From assembly GCA_965279375.1 (NCBI GenBank), contig OZ257156.1:3040001-3104000 (forward strand): a stretch of DNA of 64,000 nucleotides, written 5' to 3'. Position 1 is the first letter of the stretch. Every line of letters starts with the position of its first letter. Positions 30,254-40,552 of the stretch are shown piece by piece. The notes below the pieces were generated by a model. It ran no database searches. It saw nothing but the letters and a program-made list of their open reading frames with translations, and was not told the origin of the DNA. Source of the stretch: Gemmatimonas sp. GTDB taxonomy: Bacteria > Gemmatimonadota > Gemmatimonadetes > Gemmatimonadales > Gemmatimonadaceae. The position numbers and the translations under genes are program-made.

Positions 30254-31534
30254 GTGACGGGGAGCGCGGGTCGGGGATCGTTCCTCCGATCGCAGGCGGC
30301 GCACGTCACCGCTGGACTCATCAGCGGTCTGGCGCTCGGCATGCTGCTGGCGCAGCAGGAGACACCGTCTCCGTTCACGGTGCAACTCACGGGCGTGCTG
30401 GACGTGATCGGCACGGCGTGGATCAATGCCGTGCGCATGACGGTGATCCCGTTGGTGGTGCCGCTGCTGATCGTCGGTGTGGCCGGCTCGGATGATACCC
30501 GCAACACTGGGGCGGTTGGTGCCAAGGCGTTTGGATGGTTTTTGCTGCTGCTGATCACGTGTGCCCTGTGCACCTCGCTGATCGCGCCGGCGTGGTTCGA
30601 CTCGCTCACACTCGACCCAACGGCAACGGCGCGACTACGCGCTACGGCCAAGCTCGACATACCGTCTGCTGACGCGTTGTCGCTGCGGACATGGTTGCTG
30701 GGGCTGATCCCGCTCAATCCCATCAAATCCGCGGCCGACGGCGCGCTGCTGCCCACCGTGCTCTTCACGCTGCTGTACGCGTTTGCGATGGGGCGTATTC
30801 CCGCGGCGTCGCGCGCCGCGCAGATCGCCTTCTTTCGCGGCATGGCGGACACGATGCTGGTGGTGGTGCGCTGGATGCTCGCCGTTGGTTGGCTGGGAAT
30901 CTTCTCGTTGGCGGTGGTTCTGGGCGAGAAGCTCGGCGCGAATGCATTGCAGGCGATCGGCTTCTACGTAGGAGTGCTGATCGTGCTGCACGTCGTCGCA
31001 GTGGTCGGACTCTATGTAGTGATTGTCGTGTCGAGGCGTGTGCCTTTGGCACTCTTCGCGCGCGCGGCACTGCCGGCGCAAGTGGTGGGCTTTGGTGCGC
31101 GCAGCTCGCTGGCCTCGCTACCGGCGATGGTGAAGGGCGCGACCGATGTACTCAAGCTTCCACCCACCGCCACTGGCTTCGTGCTGCCACTCGGCGCATC
31201 CGTGTTCAAGCTGACCAGCGCGATCTACTGGGTGGTGGGCGCGCTGTTCATCGCCAAGCTGTACGGCATTGAACTGAGCAACGGATCGATCGCCCTCGTT
31301 GCTGCATCGAGCGTGGTGCTGAGCTTCAGCACGCCCGGCATCCCGAGCGGCGGCATGCTGCTCCAAGTGCCGCTCTACGGCGCGATTGGCCTGCCGGTGG
31401 AGGGCATCGGCATCATGATCGCGCTCGATACGTTGCCTGACATGTTCAAGACGCTGCTCAACGTCACCGCCGACATGCTCGTAGCGGTGATGACGACGCC
31501 GCGCGTTGCACCAAGCGACGCTCCGTCGGTCTGA
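30254..31534 (+). CDS. Dicarboxylate/amino acid:cation symporter (DAACS family)
   Basis: SSLASLP, FVLPLG, GIPSG, DMFKT.LNVTAD motifs; multiple TM helices. Confidence 0.88.
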   Translation: MTGSAGRGSFLRSQAAHVTAGLISGLALGMLLAQQETPSPFTVQLTGVLDVIGTAWINAVRMTVIPLVVPLLIVGVAGSDDTRNTGAVGAKAFGWFLLLLITCALCTSLIAPAWFDSLTLDPTATARLRATAKLDIPSADALSLRTWLLGLIPLNPIKSAADGALLPTVLFTLLYAFAMGRIPAASRAAQIAFFRGMADTMLVVVRWMLAVGWLGIFSLAVVLGEKLGANALQAIGFYVGVLIVLHVVAVVGLYVVIVVSRRVPLALFARAALPAQVVGFGARSSLASLPAMVKGATDVLKLPPTATGFVLPLGASVFKLTSAIYWVVGALFIAKLYGIELSNGSIALVAASSVVLSFSTPGIPSGGMLLQVPLYGAIGLPVEGIGIMIALDTLPDMFKTLLNVTADMLVAVMTTPRVAPSDAPSV

Positions 31535-31564
31535 CCCTTTCTCCCTCAGGTTCATCTCAGGACC

Positions 31565-34500
31565 ATGCGCCGATACCTCGCCGTTGCCTCCACCGCCGCT
31601 CTCGCCCTGCTGACCACGGCGACCGCCCTTCACGCCCAGTCTCCTTTCGACGGGCTGCGCTTCCGCTCCGTTGGCCCGGCGGTGATGGGCGGGCGCATTC
31701 ACGACGTGGAGGTCGATCCCAAGGACCCCTCCACGATCTTCCTCGCGGCCGCGGGCGGTGGACTCTGGAAGTCGACTAACCACGGAATTCTGTGGACGCC
31801 GGTCTTCGACGAGACGGGCGAGAATTCCTTTGGCGATGTCGCGATCTCGCCGGTGGATTCCAGGATCATCTGGGCGGGCACGGGAGAGCAGAACAACCGG
31901 CAGTCCAGCACGTGGGGCGGTGGCATCTATCGCTCCACCGATGGCGGCACCTCCTGGACATTCCTTGGCCTTCGCGAAACCGCGAGTATCGCACGCGTGG
32001 TCGCGCATCCCACCAATCCGGACATCGCGTTCGTGGCCGCGGTAGGCAATCTCTGGCGCCCCGCGAGTGAGCGCGGCGTCTATCGCACCACCGATGCCGG
32101 AAAGACGTGGACCAAGGTGCTGGCGGTGGACTCCGTGACGGGCGCGAACGAGATCATCATGGATCCGCGCAACCCGCAGGTGCTTTACGCCAGCACGTAT
32201 TCGCGGTTGCGCTCGTCCTTTGGCTTCAACGGCGGCGGCGCCGGCAGCGGCATCTGGAAGAGCACCGATGGCGGAACCACGTGGGCGAAGATCGAGACTG
32301 GCATTCCGGCGGGCGACAAGGGACGCATTGGTCTCGCGATTGCGATGTCCAAGCCCGATGTACTCATCGCCACGGTAGAGAGTTTGCAGCAGGGCGGCAC
32401 CTTTCGTTCCGAAGACGCCGGTGCGACGTGGAAGCGCATGAGCGGCACGAATCCGCGCCCGATGTACTTCTCGCATCCCACCATCGATCCCACCAACGAT
32501 CAGCGCGTGTGGATGATGGGCGTGCAGCCGAGCAAGAGCGAAAACGGCGGCACGACGTTCGAGCCGATGCCTAATTCGCCGACGTACGATCTGGGTCTCA
32601 AGGATGACCATCACGCGCTGTGGATCGATCCGCGCGATTCGCGCCACGTGCTGTTGGGTGGTGATGGTGGTCTGCACGAAAGCTGGGACCTGGGATACAC
32701 CTACGCGCGGTTAAACAATTTTGCCGTGGGGCAGTTCTATCGCATCGCGGTGGACGATCGCGACCCGTACTGGATCTACGGCGGCATGCAGGATGCGCAC
32801 TCGTGGATGGGCCCGAGCGCGACGAGCCACTGGCTCGGCATTCTCAATCAGGACTGGCTGCAGATCGGCTTCTCCGACGGCACAGGGCAGGCGGTTGATC
32901 AGAAGGGCGCGCGCTACGTCTACAGCACGTCCAGCGGCGGCAACATCTCGCGCGTGGATGTCGTGACTGGCGATCGCTGGGACATTCAGCCCGTGGCGCC
33001 GAGCGGTGAGAGCTATCGCTTCGATTGGACCGCACCGGTGGTCGCTTCCAAGCACAAGGCTGGCACTGTGTACCTCGGCGCCAACAAGCTGCTCACGTCG
33101 ACCGATTTCGGCAGCACGTGGACGGCGTCGGCAGAGCTCACGAAGGTGGTGAATCGCGATACGCTGTCGATGGGGGGCGTGAAAAACGCCGACATTCGTT
33201 TGTCGCGCAACGACGGCGAAACGAACTTCAGCGAGATCACCTCGATCGCCGAAAGTCCAGTCGACCGCAAGGTCCTCTGGGTTGGTACCGACGACGGCAA
33301 CGTGCAGCTCTCGCGCGACGGCGGAAAGACCTTCACCGAAGTGGGCAAGAACATCCGCGGCGTACCGACGCTGTCGTTCGTCGATCGCATCGTGGCGAGC
33401 GGCGCGGGTGCGGGGACGGCGTATGCGACCATCGAGAACCATCGCGTCGGCGACTTCGCACCGTACATCTTCAAGACCACGGATTTTGGCACCACGTGGA
33501 CGCGTGTGACCGAGGGATTGCCGAACGGAAATCCCGTGCGCTCGATCGCCGAATTCCCTGGCGTGCCCAATGTCTTGATCGCAGGCACCGAGCGGTTCGT
33601 GTACTACACGCTCGACGGTGGGGCGCGCTGGACGCAACTCAAGGCCAATCTTCCGCCCACGCGCTACGACGACATCGTGATTCATCCGCGCACGAAGGAC
33701 ATCGTGCTGGCCACGCACGGTCGCAGCATCTGGGTGCTGGATGACGCGACGCCGCTCGTGGAGTGGGCGCAGTCGATGCAGCCCGCGGCGGCCACGGCCC
33801 CCAAGGCAAAGCTGTTCCCTGTACGTCAGGCGACGCTCACGCTCTATCGTGCGGACGTCTCCACGGCGGCGCATGCCTTCTACGCGTCAGAGAATCCAGC
33901 CGAAGGCGCGACGTTCACCTACTTCGTGCCCTCGAGGATCGATACGGTGCGCTTCACGGTGACCAATGCATCGGGTCGCGTTGTGCGCACCTTCACCGCG
34001 TCAGCCAAGGCGGGTGTGGTGCAGCGCGTGAACTGGGATCTGCGCTGGCCCGCGCCGGCGGGTGGTTTCGGCGGATTCGGCGGTGGCGGTGAGGAAGGCG
34101 GCGGCCCACCGGCTCCACCGGCTGGCGCGGGCGGCATGACGCGCGCTGCTGCCGGCGCTGGGCGTCGTCCTGCGTTGCCGATCCCGGCGCATGACATTGG
34201 TGCGCGTGGCTTCCACGTCGCGCCGGGCACGTTCACCGTGCGCATGCTCGCCGGCGCCGACACACTCACGCAAACCTTCACGGTCCGCGGCGATCCGACC
34301 AGCGACGTCACGCTCAAGGAGCACAAGGCGCGCGAGGCATTCCTGCTCGAGGCGACGGAGGTGTCAGCGAAGTTGACGGCGGCTACCACGGCGTTCCGTG
34401 CGAAGCTGCAGGCGGCAACCGGCGCCGAGCAGCAGCGGCTGCAGGCCGTGGCGCTGCAGCTGGGACTGGCACCGGCGGCAGCAGGCGGTCGTGGCGGGCG

Positions 34501-34663
34501 CGGCGGTCGTGGTGGCCCGGGCGCGGCGCTGCAAGGCGTGGTTAGCGGCTACAACGGCAGCGGCGTGCGACAGGCGACCATGAAGGGACCGCCCGGTACG
34601 CATCTGCAGCAGCTCGCCATCGCGAAGCAAGCGTTGGCGTCACTCGAAGCGGCCCTCAAGTAA
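31565..34663 (+). CDS. Secreted BNR/Asp-box repeat (VPS10/sortilin-like) protein, putative glycoside hydrolase
   Basis: FRSVGP..MGGRI start, repeated S/TxDGGxTW boxes, ATHGRS motif. Confidence 0.8.
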   Translation: MRRYLAVASTAALALLTTATALHAQSPFDGLRFRSVGPAVMGGRIHDVEVDPKDPSTIFLAAAGGGLWKSTNHGILWTPVFDETGENSFGDVAISPVDSRIIWAGTGEQNNRQSSTWGGGIYRSTDGGTSWTFLGLRETASIARVVAHPTNPDIAFVAAVGNLWRPASERGVYRTTDAGKTWTKVLAVDSVTGANEIIMDPRNPQVLYASTYSRLRSSFGFNGGGAGSGIWKSTDGGTTWAKIETGIPAGDKGRIGLAIAMSKPDVLIATVESLQQGGTFRSEDAGATWKRMSGTNPRPMYFSHPTIDPTNDQRVWMMGVQPSKSENGGTTFEPMPNSPTYDLGLKDDHHALWIDPRDSRHVLLGGDGGLHESWDLGYTYARLNNFAVGQFYRIAVDDRDPYWIYGGMQDAHSWMGPSATSHWLGILNQDWLQIGFSDGTGQAVDQKGARYVYSTSSGGNISRVDVVTGDRWDIQPVAPSGESYRFDWTAPVVASKHKAGTVYLGANKLLTSTDFGSTWTASAELTKVVNRDTLSMGGVKNADIRLSRNDGETNFSEITSIAESPVDRKVLWVGTDDGNVQLSRDGGKTFTEVGKNIRGVPTLSFVDRIVASGAGAGTAYATIENHRVGDFAPYIFKTTDFGTTWTRVTEGLPNGNPVRSIAEFPGVPNVLIAGTERFVYYTLDGGARWTQLKANLPPTRYDDIVIHPRTKDIVLATHGRSIWVLDDATPLVEWAQSMQPAAATAPKAKLFPVRQATLTLYRADVSTAAHAFYASENPAEGATFTYFVPSRIDTVRFTVTNASGRVVRTFTASAKAGVVQRVNWDLRWPAPAGGFGGFGGGGEEGGGPPAPPAGAGGMTRAAAGAGRRPALPIPAHDIGARGFHVAPGTFTVRMLAGADTLTQTFTVRGDPTSDVTLKEHKAREAFLLEATEVSAKLTAATTAFRAKLQAATGAEQQRLQAVALQLGLAPAAAGGRGGRGGRGGPGAALQGVVSGYNGSGVRQATMKGPPGTHLQQLAIAKQALASLEAALK

Positions 34664-34729
34664 GCGATCGTCGGTCGGTGTGGTTCCGCTGCGCGAAACT
34701 GTCGGAGACGTAGCAGCGTACCAGAGATC

Positions 34730-35113
34730 ATGATCTTCCTCGTCAACTTCCTCTGGTTCGTCTTCGGCGGTTTCTTCGCGTGGTGCGGCTGGATGCTCGG
34801 CGGCCTGCTGCTCGCGATCTCCGTTGTCGGGCTCCCGTGGGCGTTCGCGGCGTTCCGCATTGCGGGCTTCGCGGCGTGGCCGTTTGGACGACAGCTCGTT
34901 GATGCACGCGCGGTGGGCGATCAGGTCATCATCGGCACCGGCATCGCGAATCTGTTGTGGGTGATCTTTGCCGGTCTGTGGCTGTGGATCGGACACGTCG
35001 CGGTCGGTGTGGGGCTCTGCTGCACGATCATCGGCATCCCATTTGGACTCGCGCACTTCAAGCTGGCGGCGGTGAGTTTCGCGCCGCTCGGCAAGCGCGT
35101 GGTAGACTCCTGA
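34730..35113 (+). CDS. yccF: YccF domain inner-membrane protein
   Basis: Two repeats of N.LW..F.G...IIGIP...A.FK/R...P.G. Confidence 0.88.
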   Translation: MIFLVNFLWFVFGGFFAWCGWMLGGLLLAISVVGLPWAFAAFRIAGFAAWPFGRQLVDARAVGDQVIIGTGIANLLWVIFAGLWLWIGHVAVGVGLCCTIIGIPFGLAHFKLAAVSFAPLGKRVVDS

Positions 35114-35123
35114 TCCTCGGCCG

Positions 35124-35660
35124 GTGGCCAAGACACTCACCGTTGAGTACGTAGCGAGCGAGTCGATGTCCGCCACGGACCGCGACGCGCTCGTCGGGTT
35201 GTGCAGCGAAGCATATGATGAGCCGTTCGCCCAGTATTTCGCCGACATCGGACCGGGTGTGCACCTGCTCGGGCGTGTCGACGGCGAACTGGTGTCGCAC
35301 GTCATGTGGGTCTCGCGCACTCTGCACGTGCAGGGCTTGGGTAGCCTTCAGACGGCGTATGTCGAGGCCGTGGCAACGCTGCCGGCGGTGCAGGGGCGCG
35401 GCTACGCGAGTGCGCTCATGCGTGCAGCACCCGATCATTTGGCGGCCTTCGATCTCGCCGCGCTCTCACCGAGCGACCACGCGTGGTATGCGCGATTCGG
35501 TTGGGAGACCTGGCACGGGCCGTTGTCGTGTTGGCACCACGGCGTGGAGGTAGCCACGCCGGATGAAGAGCTGATGGTGCTACGACTTCCGCATACGCCT
35601 GCTGCTCTCGACGTGCGCGCGGCGATTGCGTGCGACTGGCGGCCCGGCGAGGTGTGGTAG
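35124..35660 (+). CDS. GNAT acetyltransferase resembling aminoglycoside 2'-N-acetyltransferase
   Basis: YVEAVAT...QGRGYAS, YARFGW..W.GP, C-terminal CDWRPGEVW. Confidence 0.75.
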   Translation: MAKTLTVEYVASESMSATDRDALVGLCSEAYDEPFAQYFADIGPGVHLLGRVDGELVSHVMWVSRTLHVQGLGSLQTAYVEAVATLPAVQGRGYASALMRAAPDHLAAFDLAALSPSDHAWYARFGWETWHGPLSCWHHGVEVATPDEELMVLRLPHTPAALDVRAAIACDWRPGEVW

Positions 35661-35701
35661 ACTCTCCCCTTCACGCGCCCGGTGCACGCTCGTTGCGACT
35701 G

Positions 35702-36502
35702 CTACCGCAGGCTCGAGAAATCCGTCGGCACCAGGAACATCGACTTCACCACCGTAGTCAGTGAAGTGCCCGCGGCCTTCTCGGATGCGGCGCGCACATT
35801 GATCCAAGCGGAGTCCGCACGAAACGCCGCCCAACCCGCCGTTGCCGCGGCGCGCGACGCGTGGCCCAGCAAGTAGATCATCGACGTGCCGCTGCCGTCC
35901 TTGGCGTCGGTCGGATGCCAGTAGGCGATGTTCTGCATGCCGTGCGAGGCGAAGATTCCAAGCGTGTGATCGCGAAAACGCGCATCGAGATTGGTGAGCA
36001 GCCCGGTCGGAGTCGTGTACGTGCGCAGCTCGAAGACGCGCGCTCCGCCGCTCGTCGAGGCGAACATCTCCGGTGAGAAGTCGGTCGCGCTAATGAACAC
36101 CGAGGCGATCTTGGCCACGATGGGACCGTTCGCCTCGCTCTCCGCAGCCACGCGCTTCCACACCGTGTCGGCCACGAATGCCTTCCAGCTCGCGGCGGCC
36201 GCGTTACGACTCTGGTGGCGCAGCACATATACAAGCGTGGTGCCCGCGCCGTCGGCCGAGTCCATTGGCGTGAAATAGCCGACATTCACCATGCCGTGCT
36301 TGGTGAACAGCCGCGTCGTGTGATCGCGGAAACGCGCCAGCACATTGGACAGCTTACCCGGCGCGGCGGTGTACGTGCGCAGTTCGTAGACAACGCCCGC
36401 GGGTGCGGTTGGCGTTTGCGCGGCCAACGGCCTCGCTGGCACCATCACGACTGATAGCGCGATCGCGAGCGTTGACCAGAACTGTCGACGAGTACCGCGC
36501 AT
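35702..36502 (-). CDS. Secreted tandem NIPSNAP-domain protein
   Basis: Two repeats of ELRTY...RFRDHT...F..HGM.N...W..F.AD..W...TDFS. Confidence 0.85.
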   Translation of the reverse strand: MRGTRRQFWSTLAIALSVVMVPARPLAAQTPTAPAGVVYELRTYTAAPGKLSNVLARFRDHTTRLFTKHGMVNVGYFTPMDSADGAGTTLVYVLRHQSRNAAAASWKAFVADTVWKRVAAESEANGPIVAKIASVFISATDFSPEMFASTSGGARVFELRTYTTPTGLLTNLDARFRDHTLGIFASHGMQNIAYWHPTDAKDGSGTSMIYLLGHASRAAATAGWAAFRADSAWINVRAASEKAAGTSLTTVVKSMFLVPTDFSSLR

Positions 36503-36909
36503 CACTTGGCCCGCATTCGATTTCCCCGTGGGTTGTGTTCGACTTCGGCGAGTCCCAACTCTTCCATCAGCGGCGGAATGTACATCCCGAAGCGTCCACG
36601 AAAGCCTTTCTTGCGGCCATACCATCCGCCCACGGGATTGTCCGGCGAGCGTCCCCATGCTTCAACCGTGCCGTCCTTGGCTGGCTTCTGCTCGTCGGCG
36701 GAGCCGAGCTCCATCCAGTCTCCGTGCGCGACGAGCATCGTGCGAAGATCGGCGAGACAGCGATACTCGTAGTGCAGAATCGTCTTGCCTACCGTGCAGA
36801 CAAGCATGTCTACGCCGCCGATTGTATCACGATGCATCGTGAACTCAGAGGTACCCGGCGGTGTCTTGAGCAACCACGGATTCTTTGCGGTGCCGCGTTC
36901 GCTACTCAT
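36502..36909 (-). CDS. Conserved hypothetical protein (DUF6855-like)
   Basis: W.LKTPPGTSE, LGSADEQKP, WYG.KKG.RGRF motifs; host-like codon usage. Confidence 0.6.
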   Translation of the reverse strand: MSSERGTAKNPWLLKTPPGTSEFTMHRDTIGGVDMLVCTVGKTILHYEYRCLADLRTMLVAHGDWMELGSADEQKPAKDGTVEAWGRSPDNPVGGWYGRKKGFRGRFGMYIPPLMEELGLAEVEHNPRGNRMRAK

Positions 36910-37008
36910 CGCGCGTCTCCTGGGCCGACGTTTGTCGAGCGGGTGGGAGCCTCAACACTCCGGCGGTCGGGAGCGGCTGTCAAGCAACGAATCGGAGAAG
37001 CGCCCCGA

Positions 37009-38256
37009 TCAGGCCGCGAGGATGGGGAGTCCCTGCCGCGCTCGTGTGGATCGATCGCTGCCGTCGCGCATGCCACGTTCAATGACGCCGCCTCCCAGCA
37101 CGTGTGCGCCGTCGAACATCACGAGCGACTGCCCGGGCGTGATTGCGGCCACCGGCTCTTCCAACGCCATCTCCACCACATCGCGCTCGATGCGCACGAT
37201 CGTCGCTGGCACCGCCCGCGCGCGATTGCGTACCTGCACCTGCACGCGCGCACCCACCACCGGCGCATCGGCCAGCCAATTCAACTCGCGTGCTTCGAGT
37301 CCGCGCCCGAGCAACGCGTCACGCGGGCCAATCACCACGGCTCGCTCACTGGCGATGATGTCGACCACGTACATCGGCTCCGCGAAGCCACCCGGCAGCC
37401 CCTTGCGCTGGCCGATGGTGAAGCGCGCGAAGCCCGAATGTTCACCCACGACCTCGCCCGTGTGCAGACGCAACGGTCCCGCCGACAACGACGGCGCATC
37501 CGCACCCAGACGCTCACGCAGAATGCGCACGTGGTCGCCGTCGGGCACGAAGCAGATGTCCTGACTCTCGGCCTTCTCCGCGGTGCGCAGCCCAAAGCGT
37601 CGCGCAATGTCGCGCGTCTCAGGCTTCGTCTGTCCACCGATCGGCAGCACCAGCCGATCGAGCACGGCGCGCTCGATCCCCCAGAGGAAATAGCTCTGAT
37701 CCTTTGCCGGATCGAGCCCGCGCAACAGCGCGCGCTGCCCGTTCACGTCGCCCATGCGTGCGTAGTGGCCCGTCGCCAACCAGTGCGCATCGATCGCGTC
37801 GGCCTTGAGCAGCAGATCGCGGAACTTGGTGAACGTGTTGCATCGCACACACGGAATCGGCGTGCGGCCTCGCGCGTACTCCTGCACGAAATCGTCCAGC
37901 ACATCGTGCCCGAATCGGTCGACGAGATTCACCACGTAGTGCGGTACGCCAAGCTTCTCGCAGACACGCCGCGCGTCACTCGTGGAATCCAGTGAGCAGC
38001 ACGGACGATCCGGCACGTCGCTCCCGTCCTCGTGCAGCTTCATGGTGATGCCAACCACGTCGCAGCCGCGCTCCACCAACAGCGCTGCGGCCACCGACGA
38101 ATCCACACCGCCCGACATCGCCACCAACACGCGCTCGCCAGGCTGCGGCCCGGCCCACACGCGCTCCGGATCGACGGAGTACTCCGCCGTCTCGCCGACC
38201 GAGAACTCTGGCGAGATCTCGGCAGAGAACTCCTGTGAGCTCTCGAGATCGTGCAT
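37009..38256 (-). CDS. mnmA: tRNA-specific 2-thiouridylase MnmA
   Basis: VAMSGGVDSS, TPIPCVRCN, ATGHYAR, KDQSYFL, SQDICF, TIGQRKG, TPGQ. Confidence 0.96.
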   Translation of the reverse strand: MHDLESSQEFSAEISPEFSVGETAEYSVDPERVWAGPQPGERVLVAMSGGVDSSVAAALLVERGCDVVGITMKLHEDGSDVPDRPCCSLDSTSDARRVCEKLGVPHYVVNLVDRFGHDVLDDFVQEYARGRTPIPCVRCNTFTKFRDLLLKADAIDAHWLATGHYARMGDVNGQRALLRGLDPAKDQSYFLWGIERAVLDRLVLPIGGQTKPETRDIARRFGLRTAEKAESQDICFVPDGDHVRILRERLGADAPSLSAGPLRLHTGEVVGEHSGFARFTIGQRKGLPGGFAEPMYVVDIIASERAVVIGPRDALLGRGLEARELNWLADAPVVGARVQVQVRNRARAVPATIVRIERDVVEMALEEPVAAITPGQSLVMFDGAHVLGGGVIERGMRDGSDRSTRARQGLPILAA

Positions 38257-39419
38257 CAGTCGAACACCGGCATCGGTGCGCGCGCCTTCTCGGCGAGCGT
38301 GCCGAGCACCGTCACTACGCGATCGACGCTGGACTCGTCGCTCATGCAGCCGAGCGACAACCGAAGCGCCGCGTTGGCAACTTGCGGTGAGACGCCGAGG
38401 GCGGAGAGCACGTGTGAGGCGGAAACGCTCCCGCTCTGGCACGCTGAGCCGGCGCTGCAGGCGATGCCGCGTAGGTCGAGCGCCATCAGCATCGATTCGC
38501 TGTCCGTGCCGGGGATCGATACGTTGGAAATGTGCGGTGCGCGCGCGGCGTGCTCGCCGTGAATCACGATGTCGGGGATGCGCGCACGCAGCGCCGTCTC
38601 GAGGCGATCGCGCAGCGTCAGCAGGCGCGTGTGTTCTGCTTCTTGCTCGGCGAGGATCAACTCTGCCGCTGTCGCCAGCCCGATGGCGAACGCGACGTTC
38701 TCCGTGCCAGGACGGCGCCCGCGGTCCTGCGAACCACCGTGGAACATCGGTTCGAGCGGCGTATCACGTCGAATGAACAGCGCGCCGATTCCTTTCGGTG
38801 CGCCGAGCTTGTGTCCCGAAATCGTGAGCAGGTCAAACGGAATGGTGCGCGCGTCGATGTGCACCTTGCCGAACGCCTGCACCGCATCGGTGTGAAAGAC
38901 CGCGCCCACAGCCTTGGCCTGCGCCGCGAGGGCCGGCACGTCCTGCATCACCCCGATCTCGTTGTTCACCCACATGATGCTCGCCACGGCGACGGTCTGA
39001 TCAAGACAGGCCGCGAACGCGTCGGCGGTGACGATGCCATCGGCGTTGACCGCGACGATCCGCTCACTGCCACCCTCGTGAACCACCTGATGCACCGCCG
39101 CCAGCACCGCCTTGTGCTCGATGGGGGTGGTGACGGCAACGTGTCGGCCATGTGCGCGCAGTGTGCGGGCCACGCCGAGAATGGCGAAGTTGTCCCCCTC
39201 GGTACCGCCAGAGGTGAAGCAGACTTCGTCCGGTCGGGCGCCGAGACAGGCGGCGAGACGCTCACGGGCTTCGTCGAGAGCGACGCGCGCATCGCGTCCC
39301 CAGCGATGGACGCTCGACGGATTGCCGAAGCGGGCGCCGAAGAAGGGGGCCATGGCCGCCATGACCTCGTCGCGCACGGGCGTCGTGGCGGCGTGGTCCA
39401 GGTACACGGGCGTATTCAT
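38256..39419 (-). CDS. iscS: Cysteine desulfurase (IscS/NifS family)
   Basis: YLDHAATT, FGNPSS, HTDAVQ, SGHK, SAGSAC. Confidence 0.93.
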   Translation of the reverse strand: MNTPVYLDHAATTPVRDEVMAAMAPFFGARFGNPSSVHRWGRDARVALDEARERLAACLGARPDEVCFTSGGTEGDNFAILGVARTLRAHGRHVAVTTPIEHKAVLAAVHQVVHEGGSERIVAVNADGIVTADAFAACLDQTVAVASIMWVNNEIGVMQDVPALAAQAKAVGAVFHTDAVQAFGKVHIDARTIPFDLLTISGHKLGAPKGIGALFIRRDTPLEPMFHGGSQDRGRRPGTENVAFAIGLATAAELILAEQEAEHTRLLTLRDRLETALRARIPDIVIHGEHAARAPHISNVSIPGTDSESMLMALDLRGIACSAGSACQSGSVSASHVLSALGVSPQVANAALRLSLGCMSDESSVDRVVTVLGTLAEKARAPMPVFD

Positions 39420-39480
39420 CCACCTAAGTTACAGGGAACCCGGAACGGTTGCACCCGTCGCTCTCTCCGTCGGTCGCTGC

Positions 39481-40548
39481 ATGTTCACCACCTGTATTCA
39501 CTGCACGGCCGATCTTGGCCGGAATGAAGCCTTCGAGGTGTTCCCGGTAGGGACGCGCCTCGCCTTCGACGCCGCCCGCGGACGCCTCTGGGTCGTGTGC
39601 CGCCAGTGTGACAGATGGAACCTGTCCCCGCTCGAGGAGCGCTGGGAGGCGGTGGAGGAAGCGGAACGGCGTTACCGCGATAGCCGCCTGCGCGTGAGCA
39701 CCGACCACATCGGTCTCGCACGGCTGCGCGAAGGGGTGGACCTCATCCGGATCGGCGAACCGCAGCGCCCCGAGATGGCGGCGTGGCGCTATGGCGATCA
39801 GTTCGGACGGCGGCGCAAACGCCAGATGCTGATCACGGGCGCTGTCGTGGGCAGCGCGACGCTGATCGTTGGCGGCATGGTCTGGGTTGGGGCCAGCGTG
39901 GGCAGTTTCGCCGGCTTTTACGGAAACTCCGGCATCTGGGACGCCGCGATCAACGGCCGACAGGGCAAGTCCATCGGGCGCATTCCGCTGCAAGACGGTC
40001 GCTACGTGGACGTGCAGCGTCGACACGCGCGCATGAGCTCACTCGAATATCAGGGCGACGACGCGCCGCTGACGCTCCGACTTGAATCGGTGGAAGGGAC
40101 GCATCTGCTGACGGGTGAAGCGGCGATGCGCGCCGCCGCGCGTCTGATGCCGACGGTGAATCGCTTTGGCGGAAAACCCGGGGAAGTCCGCGACGCGGTC
40201 ACGCTGCTCGAGCGCGCCGGTGATGCCACGCGCATGTTGCACACGGTGCAGCGCAACTATGGGCTGCAGCCGACGCAGGAGCGATGGACGCGCAAGAAGT
40301 CGTTCTTCACGCAAGGAAACGAGGTGCGAAAGCTCCCCGGTACGCTGCACATGATGCCGCCGGGCTATCGACTCGCGCTCGAGATGGCGCTGCATGAAGA
40401 AAGCGAACGACGCGCAATGGAAGGGGAACTCGCGGAACTCGAGCGCGCATGGCGCGACGCAGAGTCGATCGCGAAGATCGCCGACGACATGTTCATGCCC
40501 GAGAGTGTCGAACAGCGCGTGAGCGCGCTCAAACCTCCCGAGGAATAG
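39481..40548 (+). CDS. Uncharacterised Zn-ribbon/membrane protein, paralogue 1
   Basis: MFTTCIHC...VVCRQC, one hydrophobic segment, C-terminal LEMALHEESERRA coiled coil; homologous to the next gene. Confidence 0.75.
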   Translation: MFTTCIHCTADLGRNEAFEVFPVGTRLAFDAARGRLWVVCRQCDRWNLSPLEERWEAVEEAERRYRDSRLRVSTDHIGLARLREGVDLIRIGEPQRPEMAAWRYGDQFGRRRKRQMLITGAVVGSATLIVGGMVWVGASVGSFAGFYGNSGIWDAAINGRQGKSIGRIPLQDGRYVDVQRRHARMSSLEYQGDDAPLTLRLESVEGTHLLTGEAAMRAAARLMPTVNRFGGKPGEVRDAVTLLERAGDATRMLHTVQRNYGLQPTQERWTRKKSFFTQGNEVRKLPGTLHMMPPGYRLALEMALHEESERRAMEGELAELERAWRDAESIAKIADDMFMPESVEQRVSALKPPEE

Positions 40549-40552
40549 TCCA

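Noticed and set aside
38170..38250. Quasi-repeats (E-F/I/Y-S) at the MnmA N terminus
   Set aside because: Short degenerate in-frame repeats in a dispensable extension; the real start may be downstream.
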